A program made the translations under genes and the position numbers. Below are positions 1 to 12,195 of a DNA stretch of 64,000 nucleotides, piece after piece (position 1 is the first letter of the stretch; the number at the start of each line of letters is the position of its first letter). Origin of the DNA: Eledone cirrhosa (Eukaryota); NCBI GenBank assembly GCA_964016885.1, contig CAXHJY010000202.1, positions 38,047 to 102,046 of the forward strand, written 5' to 3'. Below the pieces are notes generated by a model. The model was not told where the DNA came from, did not search any database, and saw only the letters and a list, made by a program, of their open reading frames with translations.

Positions 1-34
1 CTTAGAATGCTGGACTTCTATAGTTTACAACCCA

Positions 35-180
35 CCTCCCTCAGTCATCACATAGATGTGTGTGTATTAACCACCCCTTCCTTCCTCAGTCAACATAATC
101 ACCACTTCCACATTCCTCAGTCGATGTAATCACCACTTCCTTCCTCAGTCGACATAATCACACCTTCCTTCCTCAGTCAT
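35..180 (+). repeat. Short tandem repeat, ~27-bp unit (CACCACTTCCTTCCTCAGTCGACATAAT-like), about 5 degenerate copies
   Basis: CCTCAGTC recurs at ~39, 84, 114, 143 and 171. Confidence 0.7.
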
Positions 181-877
181 CTCTAGTGCATGACAGACAA
201 ATACACAAGGCTAATGTGTTAGTAGATATTTGCTAGTCAGAATACGACACTTTGCTAGAAGTTTTGATTGAATCATTTGAATACACCATCTTTTATATTA
301 CTGGTAATTAATGTAGCAACACAAGACAGATGAGATTAACATGTGAACCTGTATTATCTGTCACAATCAAGGGTAGGTAGTCTTTACAGCTAGTTTTAAA
401 TACATCATTAATAAACTGTTTTGTCTATGGAGAGTGTAATAAAGCATCAGTGATGTTAATACAAAGATGATTAGCATGCGATAGTTTGCAATTTATATAA
501 TAGTGGAAGGTTCATATAATTACAATTAAAGTAAATTACATGGATATCATTTATAATCTCTGCAGTTCAGAGATTACGGTTGGAAGAAAAAATACACTAT
601 TTTCTTAGGTTGGAATAAGAGCACACATTAGTAATTTAGGTGTATAGCTGGCTGAGTAACTCCATGTATCTGTCATATTTCTAAAGAAGTGGATGTCACA
701 ATTCATACATTGCCAAATAGATGTTTTAAAACATATTTATACGGATACACTAAAATGTATGATAAGAATTATCGACGCTTGCATATATATATATAATGTG
801 TTGATGGACCCAGCATATTTATCAATGCCAGGACCGGTTCTATCTCAGCGTACTCCATAGGCAATGTAAGATACATT

Positions 878-964
878 CCCAGAGTATACACATAGTTATT
901 CGCTTCAATACAACACACGTCAAACGGGTGCACTAATGATTATGCGGCTTCATCAGCGGGTATC
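878..964 (-). ncRNA. Degenerate type I hammerhead-like motif
   Basis: Minus strand reads GATACCCG-CTGATGA-long stem II region-GCGAA...CTC-TGGG. The stem I 5' strand GATACCCG is the same as in the 21958-22036 HHR. GAAA and stem III are decayed. Confidence 0.35.
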
Positions 965-1871
965 GCCTAATCAATAACCAATCGATCGACAGAATCCAAA
1001 CACCAGCCCATGCCGGTAATGACTGTTTGCGACAACCGACACGGTAAAGCGATTAGCCACTGGCACCCGATACGACTCAACCTCTCGACTAGCCACCGGT
1101 TTACAAATGTTACGTGGTGGCGGGAGACTAGAAAACCAATCTTTTCGTTCCCGTCAAAAGTCTCAGTCAACGTGTCTCACACACAAATTATTAAGAGGTG
1201 AAAAGATGGCTATTAGAAATAGCAGTCCACATCGATGTATAATAGAATTGTAACATTCGGCTCATGTCCCCAAGTCCCATGGCTAGAGGAAAGCGATGGT
1301 AACAATGGTAGTGCCAAGAACCTTTAACGGACTTTAAATGTGATTATCCATTATAGAGCAATATAGTAGCGAGCTGAAATGCGTCAGCCGCGTGCGTAGA
1401 GAACCAGTCTATTTCACAACTTAAAAGAGTGAGAGATAAAATTAATAGCAGGAAATAGAGCGTATATCAAAACAAAAACACAATAAAAAATGAAAAAATG
1501 TTTAACTTACTCTCAATAGTCCACTAGTTGGCAGATAATAATAATAAAGAGTTGACGGACCCAGCATATTTATCTATATATATAAAACAAAGAATGTCTG
1601 TGTATCTGTTTCCCTAAAACTCGAGAACTACCGAACCGTTTCTTTTTTCAAACTTTACACATGTAATACTTATGCTCCTATTGAGTGTTCTGAGCAAAGA
1701 AAAATTCTAAATTTCAATGCCCTAATTCTTTTCTTAAACATTAAACGATTTAGCGTTCTCTTGCTCTTTCTCTTAGTCTTTTTCATTTTAGATAGATACA
1801 TAGATTTGACGTCGCGCATTCATAATATCTGTCTGTATGCTGGCTGTCTGCATTATGACATTATGACGTGA

Positions 1872-2060
1872 ATTAGGGCGGTGAATTGGCAGTATCGGTA
1901 GAGGATTGGACGCCATGTTTTCTAGCATAGTTACGTCCATTTTCGGTCTGAGTTCAAATCCCGCCGAGGTTAACTTTGCCTTTCATCCTTAAGGGGTCGA
2001 TAAAATAAAGTACCAGTAATGTACTGGGTAATTGCTGGCCTTGTGCCTAAAGTAGAAACA
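1872..2060 (+). mobile_element. tRNA-derived SINE (MetaSINE-type central domain), short-tail form
   Basis: A-box TGGCAGTATCGG, B-box GAGTTCAAATCC, core GCCTTTCATCCTT..GGGGTCGATAAAATAAAGTACCAG. 20-bp TSD ATTATGACATTATGACGTGA at 1852-1871 and 2061-2080. Confidence 0.9.
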
Positions 2061-2129
2061 ATTATGACATTATGACGTGATCAGTGTGTCTGTGTATATA
2101 TGTATATATATAGTGTGTGTGTGTATATA

Positions 2130-2716
2130 TTCTTATGCCAGGAAACGTATTCACGAATCAAAGTATCGTCTTCCTGATTTCCTTCGGTTGCAACGTTTTT
2201 CGAAATATTTACATCTGCGTTCACAGATTGATTTTTTTAATTTCAGAAGATCGCGTTAAGGTTGAAAGCAGCGATTCTTTTCTTAAACATTAATATGTTA
2301 TTTTAATATAGATATTCGTGTACAGATATTTTTACATACACAAAAACAAAATATAAACAAACAAGGCCACCGATTACATCGTTAGTCTTAGTGTACTTCA
2401 TAGTGCTTTGTGTACTTCATACTGCTTAGTGTACTTCATACTGCTTTTAGCTAGAAGATCCCGTTAAGGGTGAAAGCAGCGATTCATGTTCTGCGTTCAC
2501 AGATTGATGTTTTTAGTTTCAGAAGATCCCGTTAAGTGTGAAAGCAGTGATTCTTTGCTTAAACTTTAATGTTATTTTAATATTTATATATATAATTATA
2601 TATTCGTGTACAGATATTTTTGCATACACAATAACAAAATATAAACAAACGTATTTATTTCACGAGGCTCGATAAGGATAAATATATATCAAATATATAA
2701 GAACCCTAGAGCAAAT
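2130..2716. mobile_element. Rearranged fragments of the Neptune-type PLE 3' repeat (same family as 6980-7248) with CAGAAGA-core HHR copies
   Basis: Matches 6985-7150 at 2135-2305 and 2450-2580 (HHR at 2515-2565). 2672-2716 is the reverse complement of 7157-7208. Confidence 0.75.
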
Positions 2717-2760
2717 CCCGAGTAACGCCGGGCCATTCTGCTAGTCATATATATAATATA

Positions 2761-2957
2761 TATGAAGGATTCAGGACTCCAATGGCTGAGCTTCTGCCGT
2801 TTCGACGGCTACATCCAAACTCAATCTAGCGCTTGAAACGGCAGGAGCTCAGCAGTCGGGGTCCTGAATCCTTCATATTACCCGCTCTAATATCCCAAGT
2901 ATTGAGCTTGCTATTGAGTAAATGTCTTAACTGGTTTTTACTGCATCTATTCTGATT

Positions 2958-2960
<3 letters not shown>
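2761..2960. mobile_element. Fold-back PLE-type terminal fragment (GAAACGGC..GAGCTC..GCCGTC family) in (TA)n
   Basis: Arms TATGAAGGATTCAGGAC...GTCCTGAATCCTTCATA (2761-2877) plus an unpaired 3' tail. Contains the 3' half of an HHR. Relatives at 8549, 13827, 42708 and 62874. Confidence 0.7.
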
Positions 2961-3039
<79 letters not shown>

Positions 3040-3307
3040 TATATACATATATATATATGTATGTGGGTGTGTTTTATGTTTGGTGCATGGCTGGTAGTTT
3101 GGAACCATGGAAACTTTTATAGCAGCCGGGTACCGTATCGGCTTACCAACACAAAGTCGTCTTCCTCACTGATTAATAGAAGTGTGCACTCTGGCCAGCT
3201 AGGTGGGTTCGGTCGGATTATAATAATTTGAACTTAGTTGTCCAGTGAGTGAGAGGACAAATGGCCAAAACTATGTCCATTCTATTCGACTTGGTTCGTC
3301 TCCTAAT

Positions 3308-3350
<43 letters not shown>

Positions 3351-3362
3351 ACATACACACAG

Positions 3363-3428
<66 letters not shown>

Positions 3429-4440
3429 TCATACATATATATATGTGTGTGTGTGTGTAAAAGTTAAACAGAAATAACCACACAATCGGTGATCTATACA
3501 GTAGGAATATATTAGTTTAAAGTTTGAACTAGCAGGAAGAAGGTCATACAGTTTTGGAGGCTAGTCCTTCATCAGAAATAAGAATGAGAAATTAGAAAGA
3601 TTGAAGAGACGGGCATGGCGGAATCAGAAAAAATGTTTTAGAATAAAATAACAGATCCATTCATGTTGCCATCTCTTGGAAAACTGTTAATGCTGGCGTT
3701 TTGTGTATGACACAAACACACACATACACTAACGCGCGCGCATGCACATATGTTTATATATGGAACAGATATCAGCCTAAATTTAATTTTTTTAAATGTC
3801 AAATCACGCCGCAAAATGGATCATAATATATAGATTATGTGATGTATTATTTATTTCCTTCTCGTTAGAACCTAAAATCCTGCCAGAACCGACGCTGCCT
3901 TTCGGACTTTAGAAATATCAATAAATCAAATATGCATTATACTGGCGTGTGGTGTGGGGACATTTCATTTGACAATCCCATTTTCAATTTTCATTGATTG
4001 GCCATGAGCCTAATTAAGACATAATTAATTTGCAAGTACTTAATTAATCTCGATTGCTTAAACCATTGTCACAATCTAAAACAAAATAATGCCAATGGTC
4101 GACAACAGACCTCTTAGAATAATGTTAATGCTAATGAATATTTAATGTTGATTTTGTTTAGATCAGTAAATGTTTAGAATTGTTTGTTTTTCTTCCATTG
4201 ATGTGTAAAACAGACTTATGTAAATTCTTTTTGGAAATAATTTAGATCTAGTGAGAACAATTTCACTTCATTGCCACACGTCTTATCTTGGGTCTCTATC
4301 TGTGTTCTGCATAGCTAAGCGATTACAAATAAATGTTGATGGATACTAAAATAAAACAATGGGTTTGACATTAATGTTTAAATACACACCCACAGACACA
4401 CACAGACACTCACACACGCAGACATTTATATATATATATA

Positions 4441-4522
4441 TATTAAAATAACAGATTAAAGTTTCAGCAAAGAATCGCTGCTTTCACCCTTAACGTCTTC
4501 AAATTTATTATTATTACTATTA

Positions 4523-4525
<3 letters not shown>
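4441..4525. mobile_element. Minimal inverted-arm + tail insertion of the Neptune-type PLE 3' repeat in (TA)n
   Basis: 4441-4494 is the reverse complement of 7100-7155, joined to the terminal GTCTTCAAATTTATTATTATTACT tail (7223-7246). Confidence 0.75.
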
Positions 4526-4600
<75 letters not shown>

Positions 4601-4849
4601 TTTACATATATATATATATACATATATATACATATACGTGTCGAAATATTCGATAAATATTCCGTTGCGGCCGACGCGAAGGGCTAGTTTCGGTTATTTG
4701 TTGAAGATTTCTTCATAGAAGCCTCATTCTTATAGCATAGTCTATTCGATTTTTATATAGTTAATTGTGCTAATTGGGAGAGGAAATGGTATATATTTTA
4801 TCTTGTCATTCTATAGACATGTTTTATGATATATATATATATATATATA

Positions 4850-5287
4850 AATGGAATAGAATGAAACGAAATTTCATTTCTCACTCTTAGTACGCCACTT
4901 ACATAAATGTAAGTATGTATGTATACGTACATACATATATGTATACAGAGGTACAGTAGCATGTATATATATACATACAGGCACATATATATATATGCAC
5001 GTATCAGTTCAACCATCTGGCAGAAAGGTATACGGTGCTGACGATAGCTAATAAGCTTGAAACTAGTACATCGTTCCTGTGTCAGTGTTGAACAAAAAGG
5101 TGACGTCGTTGCCTAAACACTGTACGGCGTAATTCAGGCTGTTTGTTTACAAACGAACAAACCGAGCATTATAATAAATGTTCGGTAAACTGATACGTGC
5201 ATATATATATGTGTGCCTGTATGTATATATATATACATGCTACTGTACGTCTGTATACATATATGTATGTACGTATACATACACACT

Positions 5288-5292
<5 letters not shown>
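4850..5292. mobile_element. Fold-back PLE-type element with a central HHR
   Basis: Inverted arms ~4905-5009 and 5188-5292 (...GCACGTATCAGTT / AACTGATACGTGC...), flanked by (TA)n. Confidence 0.7.
5032..5074 (+). ncRNA. Minimal type I hammerhead ribozyme, canonical core
   Basis: ACGGTG-CTGACGA-T[AGCT AATA AGCT]T-GAAA-CTAG-TA|CATCGT. 6-bp stem I, palindromic stem III loop, predicted GUA cut after 5068. Confidence 0.85.
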
Positions 5293-5341
<49 letters not shown>

Positions 5342-5547
5342 ATATATATATATTTATTTATATATAAAGAGAGAGTGAGGAAGATATATGGATGGATACA
5401 TATGTGTGTGTGGTGGTGTGTATATATGTATATATATATAATATATATATGTATGTGTATATATATACATATAAATATGTGTATATATATATGTATATAT
5501 ATGTATATATATATATATGTATATAAATATATATATATGTATATATA

Positions 5548-6058
5548 CATCACAGCTTCAAATTTAGCTAAACTACCTAACTGTAGGAACACGTGCAACC
5601 CTGTAGTTAGTACTAACTGTAATTGTAGGAATCGGGTTGATTGCCCCCTATCCGGGAAATGCCTCTCTAGTAACATGGTCTACAAAAGTAAGGTTGAAAC
5701 ACTCACGTTCCGTAGGGCCTACATAGGGTTAACCGCCAATTGATTCAAGCAGCGTCTTTACATGCATACCCATGATTTTCGTTACCCTCTAAGAAGGATT
5801 ATGACGTCACTTTCAGCTTATATCTGGAGTCTAAAAGACAAACACACCCGATATCAGTTACACTGGGAGATCCTAGCTAGGGATAGATCGTATAACGGAA
5901 ATAAAAGACCATGTGACTTCTGCGCCGCTGAGACCCTGGAGATACTCTACGCCAAAGACCACTTCTTAAACAAAAAATCTGAGGCAATTTCGGCTTGTAA
6001 ACATAAATTGTACAAAACTTTCCTGTATTACAGCCCCACATTATACCCTAACGGATAG
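5548..6058 (+). pseudogene. GIY-YIG endonuclease domain of PLE, interrupted by a stop at 5741-5743
   Basis: ORFs 5213..5743 (C-terminal part) and 5762..6058 are in the same frame, with Cys/His knuckle and VY..YIG motifs. Confidence 0.85.
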
Positions 6059-7084
6059 TACGAACTATGCGCGGATATTTACGTCTTGGTGTGGTAGCTA
6101 AGTATATGTTATGTTTATACCATTACTTATTTGTATAGGTAAGTATATATTACCTGTATATTTTATGAAGGTACGTATACTTCCCCGCACGTATATTTGA
6201 TTGTATGTGTTATGGAGTATATATTATATATTCTGGTACATGTGCTTTTGGTTATGGGTATACGTGAGTTTTGCGTCTGTCTGAGTATGCGGGTTCGTAC
6301 GTATGTAGGGTGTGTGTATATGTGTACTTCGTGTTTTGGTTGACGCTCGTCTCCAAACATATGTGTATTTACATGTAGGTATGTGTGTGCGCTTGTTATA
6401 TACGTATTTATTTATATACGTTTATTTAATTATATGTATACACGCACACACACACTCATATATATGTATTAATATATATATTTTTATGTGCGTTTCGTGT
6501 ATACATTCGTATGCGTGCGGGCACAGGCGTTGAGTGGGTTCTGTATGTGCTTGTGGTTTTTTTTTGGGGGGGAGGTACGTGCGTATATTTGTATACCTAT
6601 GGTGAGTGTGTTCGCGTATGCTTGTGTATGTACGTATATGGAAGCGTGTATGTATTTATTTCAATTACCTCTGTATTTTATTTACTGTATTCTTAACTCT
6701 GAAGCCGAGAATCATTCGGTATCCTAGTTAGTATTTTAGTCTACGACTTCAGTTATACCATTTACGTGGTTTTGGCTTTGCGTGCAATTGTTCTCCCCGC
6801 TCCACATATGACGTATTATCTTCAGTTTTTCCGTTCATTGCCTGAGAACGTCTCTATGAACCACCTAATAGATTATTTGTCTACGACTTCTTTTATACCA
6901 TAAAGGTGGTTCTGTCACTGCGTGTAATTGTTTTTCACCGCTCCAAATAATGACGTATTATATTCGTTTTTTCCCGTTCTTTGCCAGGGAACGTTTCCAC
7001 GAACCAAAGTATCGTCTTCCTGTCTTCCGCCGGTTGCAACGTTTTTTGAAATATTCACTTCGGCGTTCCCAGATTGACTTTGTT

Positions 7085-7135
7085 AGTTTCAGAAGATCCC
7101 GTTAAGGGTGAAAGCAGCGATTCTTTGCTTAAACT
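7085..7135 (+). ncRNA. Type I hammerhead variant with CAGAAGA (U4A) core
   Basis: AGTTT-CAGAAGA-T[CCC GTTAA GGG]T-GAAA-GCA[GCGATTCTT]TGC-TT|AAACT. The same core is in the copies at ~2244, 2520, 55275 and 62249-62299(-). Confidence 0.7.
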
Positions 7136-7293
7136 TTAATCTGTTATTTTAATAAATATTTGCTCTACGGTTCATATATATTTGATATATATTTATCCTT
7201 ATCGAGCCCTTTTGGGATTTTAGTCTTCAAATTTATTATTATTACTATTTATATATATATATGTATATAAATATATATATATATGTATATATG

Positions 7294-7432
<139 letters not shown>

Positions 7433-7440
7433 TTGTATAT

Positions 7441-8512
7441 ATTTACTCTTTTATTCTTTTACATGTTCCAGCCATCCGGCTGAGGCCATGCTGGAGCGCC
7501 GCCCCTGTTGCTACACATTTTATCTCCAGCCTGTATTGGTTGGCCACTTGTGTAATAGGGAGTTCGTTGCAGCTGCCCTTAGGTTTCCCTCGTGCCTTGC
7601 TGTGGGCTCATCCGGGATCCTGGATAGCAAGGCGTCGAGATGTTTCTTGAAGACATCCACATCCACACAATGCAGATCTCTCAGATCCCTCGGCAGCTTG
7701 TTGAAGAGTTGAGGGCCCTTGAACCCCAGGCTATTGCAATATCTGCTCCTTATTCTAGATGTGGAAGATGTGACTTTTGGCACCATACAGTGACGTCCTA
7801 TTCCACGGTTGGTCCAGCTGCCAATGCCAAAATTTGCTGCTAGTACCTCCAGGATTTTCCACATGTAGATCACTGCGTATCTCTCCCTTCTTCGTTCCAA
7901 GGAGTAGAGGTTCAGTTCGTTTAGCCTCTCCCAGTAGCTTATTTCTTTCATCGTCGCAATCCTCTTGGTGTAGCTTCGCGGGATTGCCTCAAGCTGCATG
8001 GTTGGTATGACACTATGGGGTGACCATAACTGGGAGCAATAGTCCAGGCGGCTTAGGACAAATGACCTCCATAGTGTCAACATGGTGTCTCGGTCTCTTG
8101 TCCGTAAAGTCCTCAAGATCAAGCCAGCGAGTCGTCTGCACATTGTCGCCACTTTCATGATGTGCGAGGAAAAAGATGCATCATCGCTCATGTCTATACC
8201 CAGGTCTCGTATCGATTTCAACACGGGGATATTTGTGCCCCCTGGTCCGGCGTAACTTTGTTGTGCTGTATTTGTGTTGCAGGTTTGTATTGTTGGGCTT
8301 GGAATTTGCCAGCATTAAACTGCATGTTGTTGTCTTCCGTCCATTTGTATATGGCATCCAGATCTTGTTGTAAAAGGGCAGCGTCAGCCGGGTTTTTTAT
8401 TACCTGTGCTACCTTAGTGTCATCAGCATAGCTAGAGAGGGATGTTGTTGTATGTACTACAGAGGGAATGTCTGAGAGAGCCACCGAAAACAGTAGTGGT
8501 CCCAAGACTGTG
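7441..8512 (-). mobile_element. 5'-truncated CR1-type LINE (RT C-terminal half plus 3' UTR), frameshifted
   Basis: GTVLGPLLF..SYADDTKV..LQQDLDAIYKW..NNMQFN then RDLGI..SRLDYCSQLWSPH..SYWERLNELNLYSLERRRERY. The 3' end is GCTCCAGCATGGCC..GTAAAAGAATAAAAGAG. Confidence 0.9.
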
Positions 8513-8513
8513 C

Positions 8514-8548
<35 letters not shown>

Positions 8549-8551
<3 letters not shown>

Positions 8552-8660
8552 AAAAAGTATGACCCCGACGGCAGAGGAGATCAAGCCGTTTTAACGGCTA
8601 TTTCTGGACTACAAAACGGCTTGAGCTCTGCCCTCGAGGTCATACCGTCGAGGTCATACC
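8549..8660. mobile_element. Decayed fold-back fragment of the GAAACGGC/GAGCTC HHR family
   Basis: GTATGACCCCGACGGCAGAG..CAAGCCGTTTT / AAAACGGCTTGAGCTCTGCCCTCGAGGTCATAC, next to (TA)n. Confidence 0.6.
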
Positions 8661-8739
8661 GAGGTCATTCCGTGGACAGGTTTAAACCTTAAAATCCAAA
8701 TATGTTTCGAATAATGAAAAAGTGTATATGTATATATAT

Positions 8740-8785
<46 letters not shown>

Positions 8786-9316
8786 GTATGTATATATATG
8801 TATTCATATATATATATAACATATGAACACTAAACTATTGTTGTAGTCTGGACGAAATATAAGCAGAGGAGCATAGCTATTAGAAATTATGCTGAGATGC
8901 AAAGTAGATTTTAATAAAATCAATTCTTCGTGCAGAATATATATTTCAATTCTGTTCATTGACAATAATTATCTTGTCATGTAAACATTTCTAAAATTTC
9001 AATAAAATCCTCCAGAGATGTTCTAATATATATAATTCAAATTATAACTAATTGTTCTTATTACAACCTATGTAGAAAAATATCATTACAGATGTCTGAG
9101 TCTCTAATACATAATACATTACATCACTAATGACGTAAATGGTAATATACAAGAAATGCCTAATTATGGTTTATTTAATTTAGATTTTAACGTTCTAATC
9201 ATTAAATATTATTTTCCAGCCTGTGTAACTATGAAGACATAAGTAATTATTGGCTCGCTTACTACAGCTGGATACCCTTCATAACACCAACCACATTTGC
9301 AGTGATTACTATATAT

Positions 9317-9444
<128 letters not shown>

Positions 9445-10434
9445 CAAGGTGATGTGTGGTTACTTAATATAGTGTATTTAGAAATAAAAGGAGAGCACAA
9501 ACAAGGGACAGGTCCCCTCTTCAGTTTTCTACTAGAAGTCTCGGATATTTCAACCCATATATATATATATATATTAAAACCAGTTACTACAACCCCGCCA
9601 ATGTACATACGTTTCCCTAGTCTAGCGGATCAACTTGTTGAATCTGTATCGATGAAAATGATCTGGAAAATGTTTACTCAAAAATTAAAAATTAAAAAAA
9701 AAAACAGGAGTGCCCTAAATCAAGGGCAGATAATCTGAGTGGTCTAGCAAAGACAATTTGACCGAAAACCCGCGAACAAACGATAAAATATATAATTATT
9801 ATGAGGGGGCTAGAAGAAATCGATAGATTAAGAAAGATGTAAATCAATATTATGGAAGCCAGTTATTTAAAAGTTACTTAGAAATGTGAGAACATTGCGA
9901 GAACTCTGTATGTGTCGTAAGTGGTTTCCTATTATGGTGAAGATCATTATACACCAGTTTTCGTCATAGAGAAATATTTCATTCGGAGATGGTCTGTCGC
10001 AACAATAACACCGATTTTGCGGGCCAACTCCGAATAAAATATTTTCTCTATTCTCTGTTTGGGTTTGCTATAATTACTTTTATTGATTAACTAATTATGT
10101 AACCCAAACATGATGATGTCGCCTGGTTCTTACGTAACCAAGTCATTGAAATATGTATTCATTGTTTTTTGCAACTATAAAACTTTAAAGGAAAACCACC
10201 AGTGCGGCCTCCTGTTGTTTTAATCAAATTAATATTTAACTCTGTTTTGCACTAGCCATAGGATTCTAACATCAACGATGGATGAGGTGCATAACGTAGA
10301 ATGCTTTATCTACTATTACATAATGGTTAACTAAACAGAATGACCAGTTCTGTCTATTGGTGAACCACAAACCATAAATGAATATACATATATAGATATA
10401 GATATACACATATGTATAAACGTATGTAGGTAGC

Positions 10435-10520
<86 letters not shown>

Positions 10521-11302
10521 TAAGTGTGCATGCATATTTATGCATGTATGTAAGGGTGAATCTGTGCATTTCTTTTATTCATAAGTGTACGTTTTTGATT
10601 TACTACATAGTTGAATACGTAAATTTTTCTAATGTATATCAATATTCCTATAAGTCAGTGCTTCAGGTATATTACATAGAATATTTTCGAAGCCCTTTTA
10701 TTTCTTTGTCGTTTGGAGATAACCAATGAAATTCAATAGGGAGAGATGCGATTTCTTCTTTTTTATTATTACAGTTATTTTGTGAATCAATAAAATACAC
10801 TAAAGTATTCAAGTGTTAAACTTATTGAAATACTTGTCATGAGGACAATATAGGCAATCTTTACAAATTGCTTTTGATTAATACTTTTTTCCTTTCTGTA
10901 TTTTGCTTGCTCTAATGGAAATATTTTTTCATTGGTTTAGTTTTTCATTACAGTTTCAATATTATGAGAAAGATTCAGGCGATATTTCAACTAGATATAT
11001 ATTTTTTTCCACTGGGGAAACTGTTTATATTTAAAATAATACTCCCAGTTAGTGAAGCTTTAAAAGATATAGGTGTGTCTCAGTGATATCTATTCTTTAA
11101 CTTTGATTACATTTAATGAAAATGTTCATCAGGACAATCATGGCGTCGAGTGTTTAGAGTATTGCCAATCGTTTATGATGAATATTAAAAATTTAAGTAA
11201 ATTTATCAGTTACCTAATGGGCATCGATTGCAATTCGGATCAGTTGGTTTCATGTGTTATATTTTCTATCTTCATACACAAACATACACGCACACACACA
11301 CT

Positions 11303-11361
<59 letters not shown>

Positions 11362-11629
11362 TTATGAATGTTGATAAAACACCAGTAAGGCGTTCAGATA
11401 TTTATTTAAACCTCGACAGTGATTCATTTTATATCCAGAATAACGAGAAATATTTCAGAGGAAAATCCAGTTGGTATACTTCTGTTCATAGATTTAAAAC
11501 CCAGAGCATATGTATATATATATATATATATATATGCTTCTGTGTGTGTATGTGTGTGTGAGGCCGTATGTGTGTGTGTGTCTGTATGTGTGTGTGTGTG
11601 TGCGTGTGCGTGTGCATGTGTGCGTGTGC

Positions 11630-11694
<65 letters not shown>

Positions 11695-11984
11695 AATACT
11701 ATTGTAAAAGAGTAAATGTAACCATTTAAAATAAAATATTCTAATAATCTTTGCAATAAATACCAGTCCAATATTTGTATTGAGTCCGTTATCTCTGCAT
11801 TTAATCTGACGTTCTCCAGTTTTGAAAATAGTATTCATTATTTCCGTGTGACTTCCCATCAGAGATATAAGGTATCAACAGACTTTGCTATATATTAATT
11901 GACCCATGACAATATAATGACAACAGTTTGTTGTATATTGCTGAATTTTTATATTTGAAGGTCTTGGGCAATATAATGTTTTCC

Positions 11985-12195
11985 TGATTTAGGCACAAGG
12001 CCAACAATTTGAAGGGGAGGGGAAAGTCGATTAAATCAAACCCAGTTCATTTATGGTTCTTTATTTTATCGACCCCATAAGTATGAAAGGCAAATCAAAC
12101 CTCGGTGGGATTTGTACTCAGAACGTAAAGGGTCGTAACTATGTGCCACAAAGCATCTTATCCGAGTTCTACCAATACTGCCAGTACACCATCCT
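11985..12195 (-). mobile_element. SINE copy, long-tail form, diverged
   Basis: GGCACAAGGCC..GGGGAAAGTCGATTAAATC..TTTTATCGACCCC..GAAAGGCAAA..CCTCGGTGGGATTTG. Confidence 0.8.

Larger units (their letters stand above)
1573..2744 (+). mobile_element. Non-autonomous Helitron carrying a nested SINE and PLE terminal-repeat fragments
   Basis: 5' end A|TCTATATATATAAAA...GTCTGTGTATCTGTTT. 3' end is the hairpin CCCG-AGTAACGC-CGGG then CTAG|T. No TSD. Removing it restores GGACCCAGCATATTTA-TCA, which matches the copy at 800-824. Confidence 0.75.
5548..7248 (+). mobile_element. 5'-truncated Penelope-like retroelement (Neptune-type): GIY-YIG endonuclease remnant plus long 3' repeat
   Basis: [78 protein letters not shown]. 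The 3' region has 140-bp tandem units (6739, 6879) and an HHR. It is bounded by (TA)n. Confidence 0.9.

Noticed and set aside
3540-3582. Minus-strand CTGATGA-AGGA..TCC-AAAA-CTGTA hammerhead-like string
   Set aside because: GAAA is mutated and there is no stem I partner, so it is too decayed to call
9500-9530. Minus-strand CTGAAGA-GGGGAC-CT-GTCCC hairpin
   Set aside because: No GAAA, stem III or stem I follows
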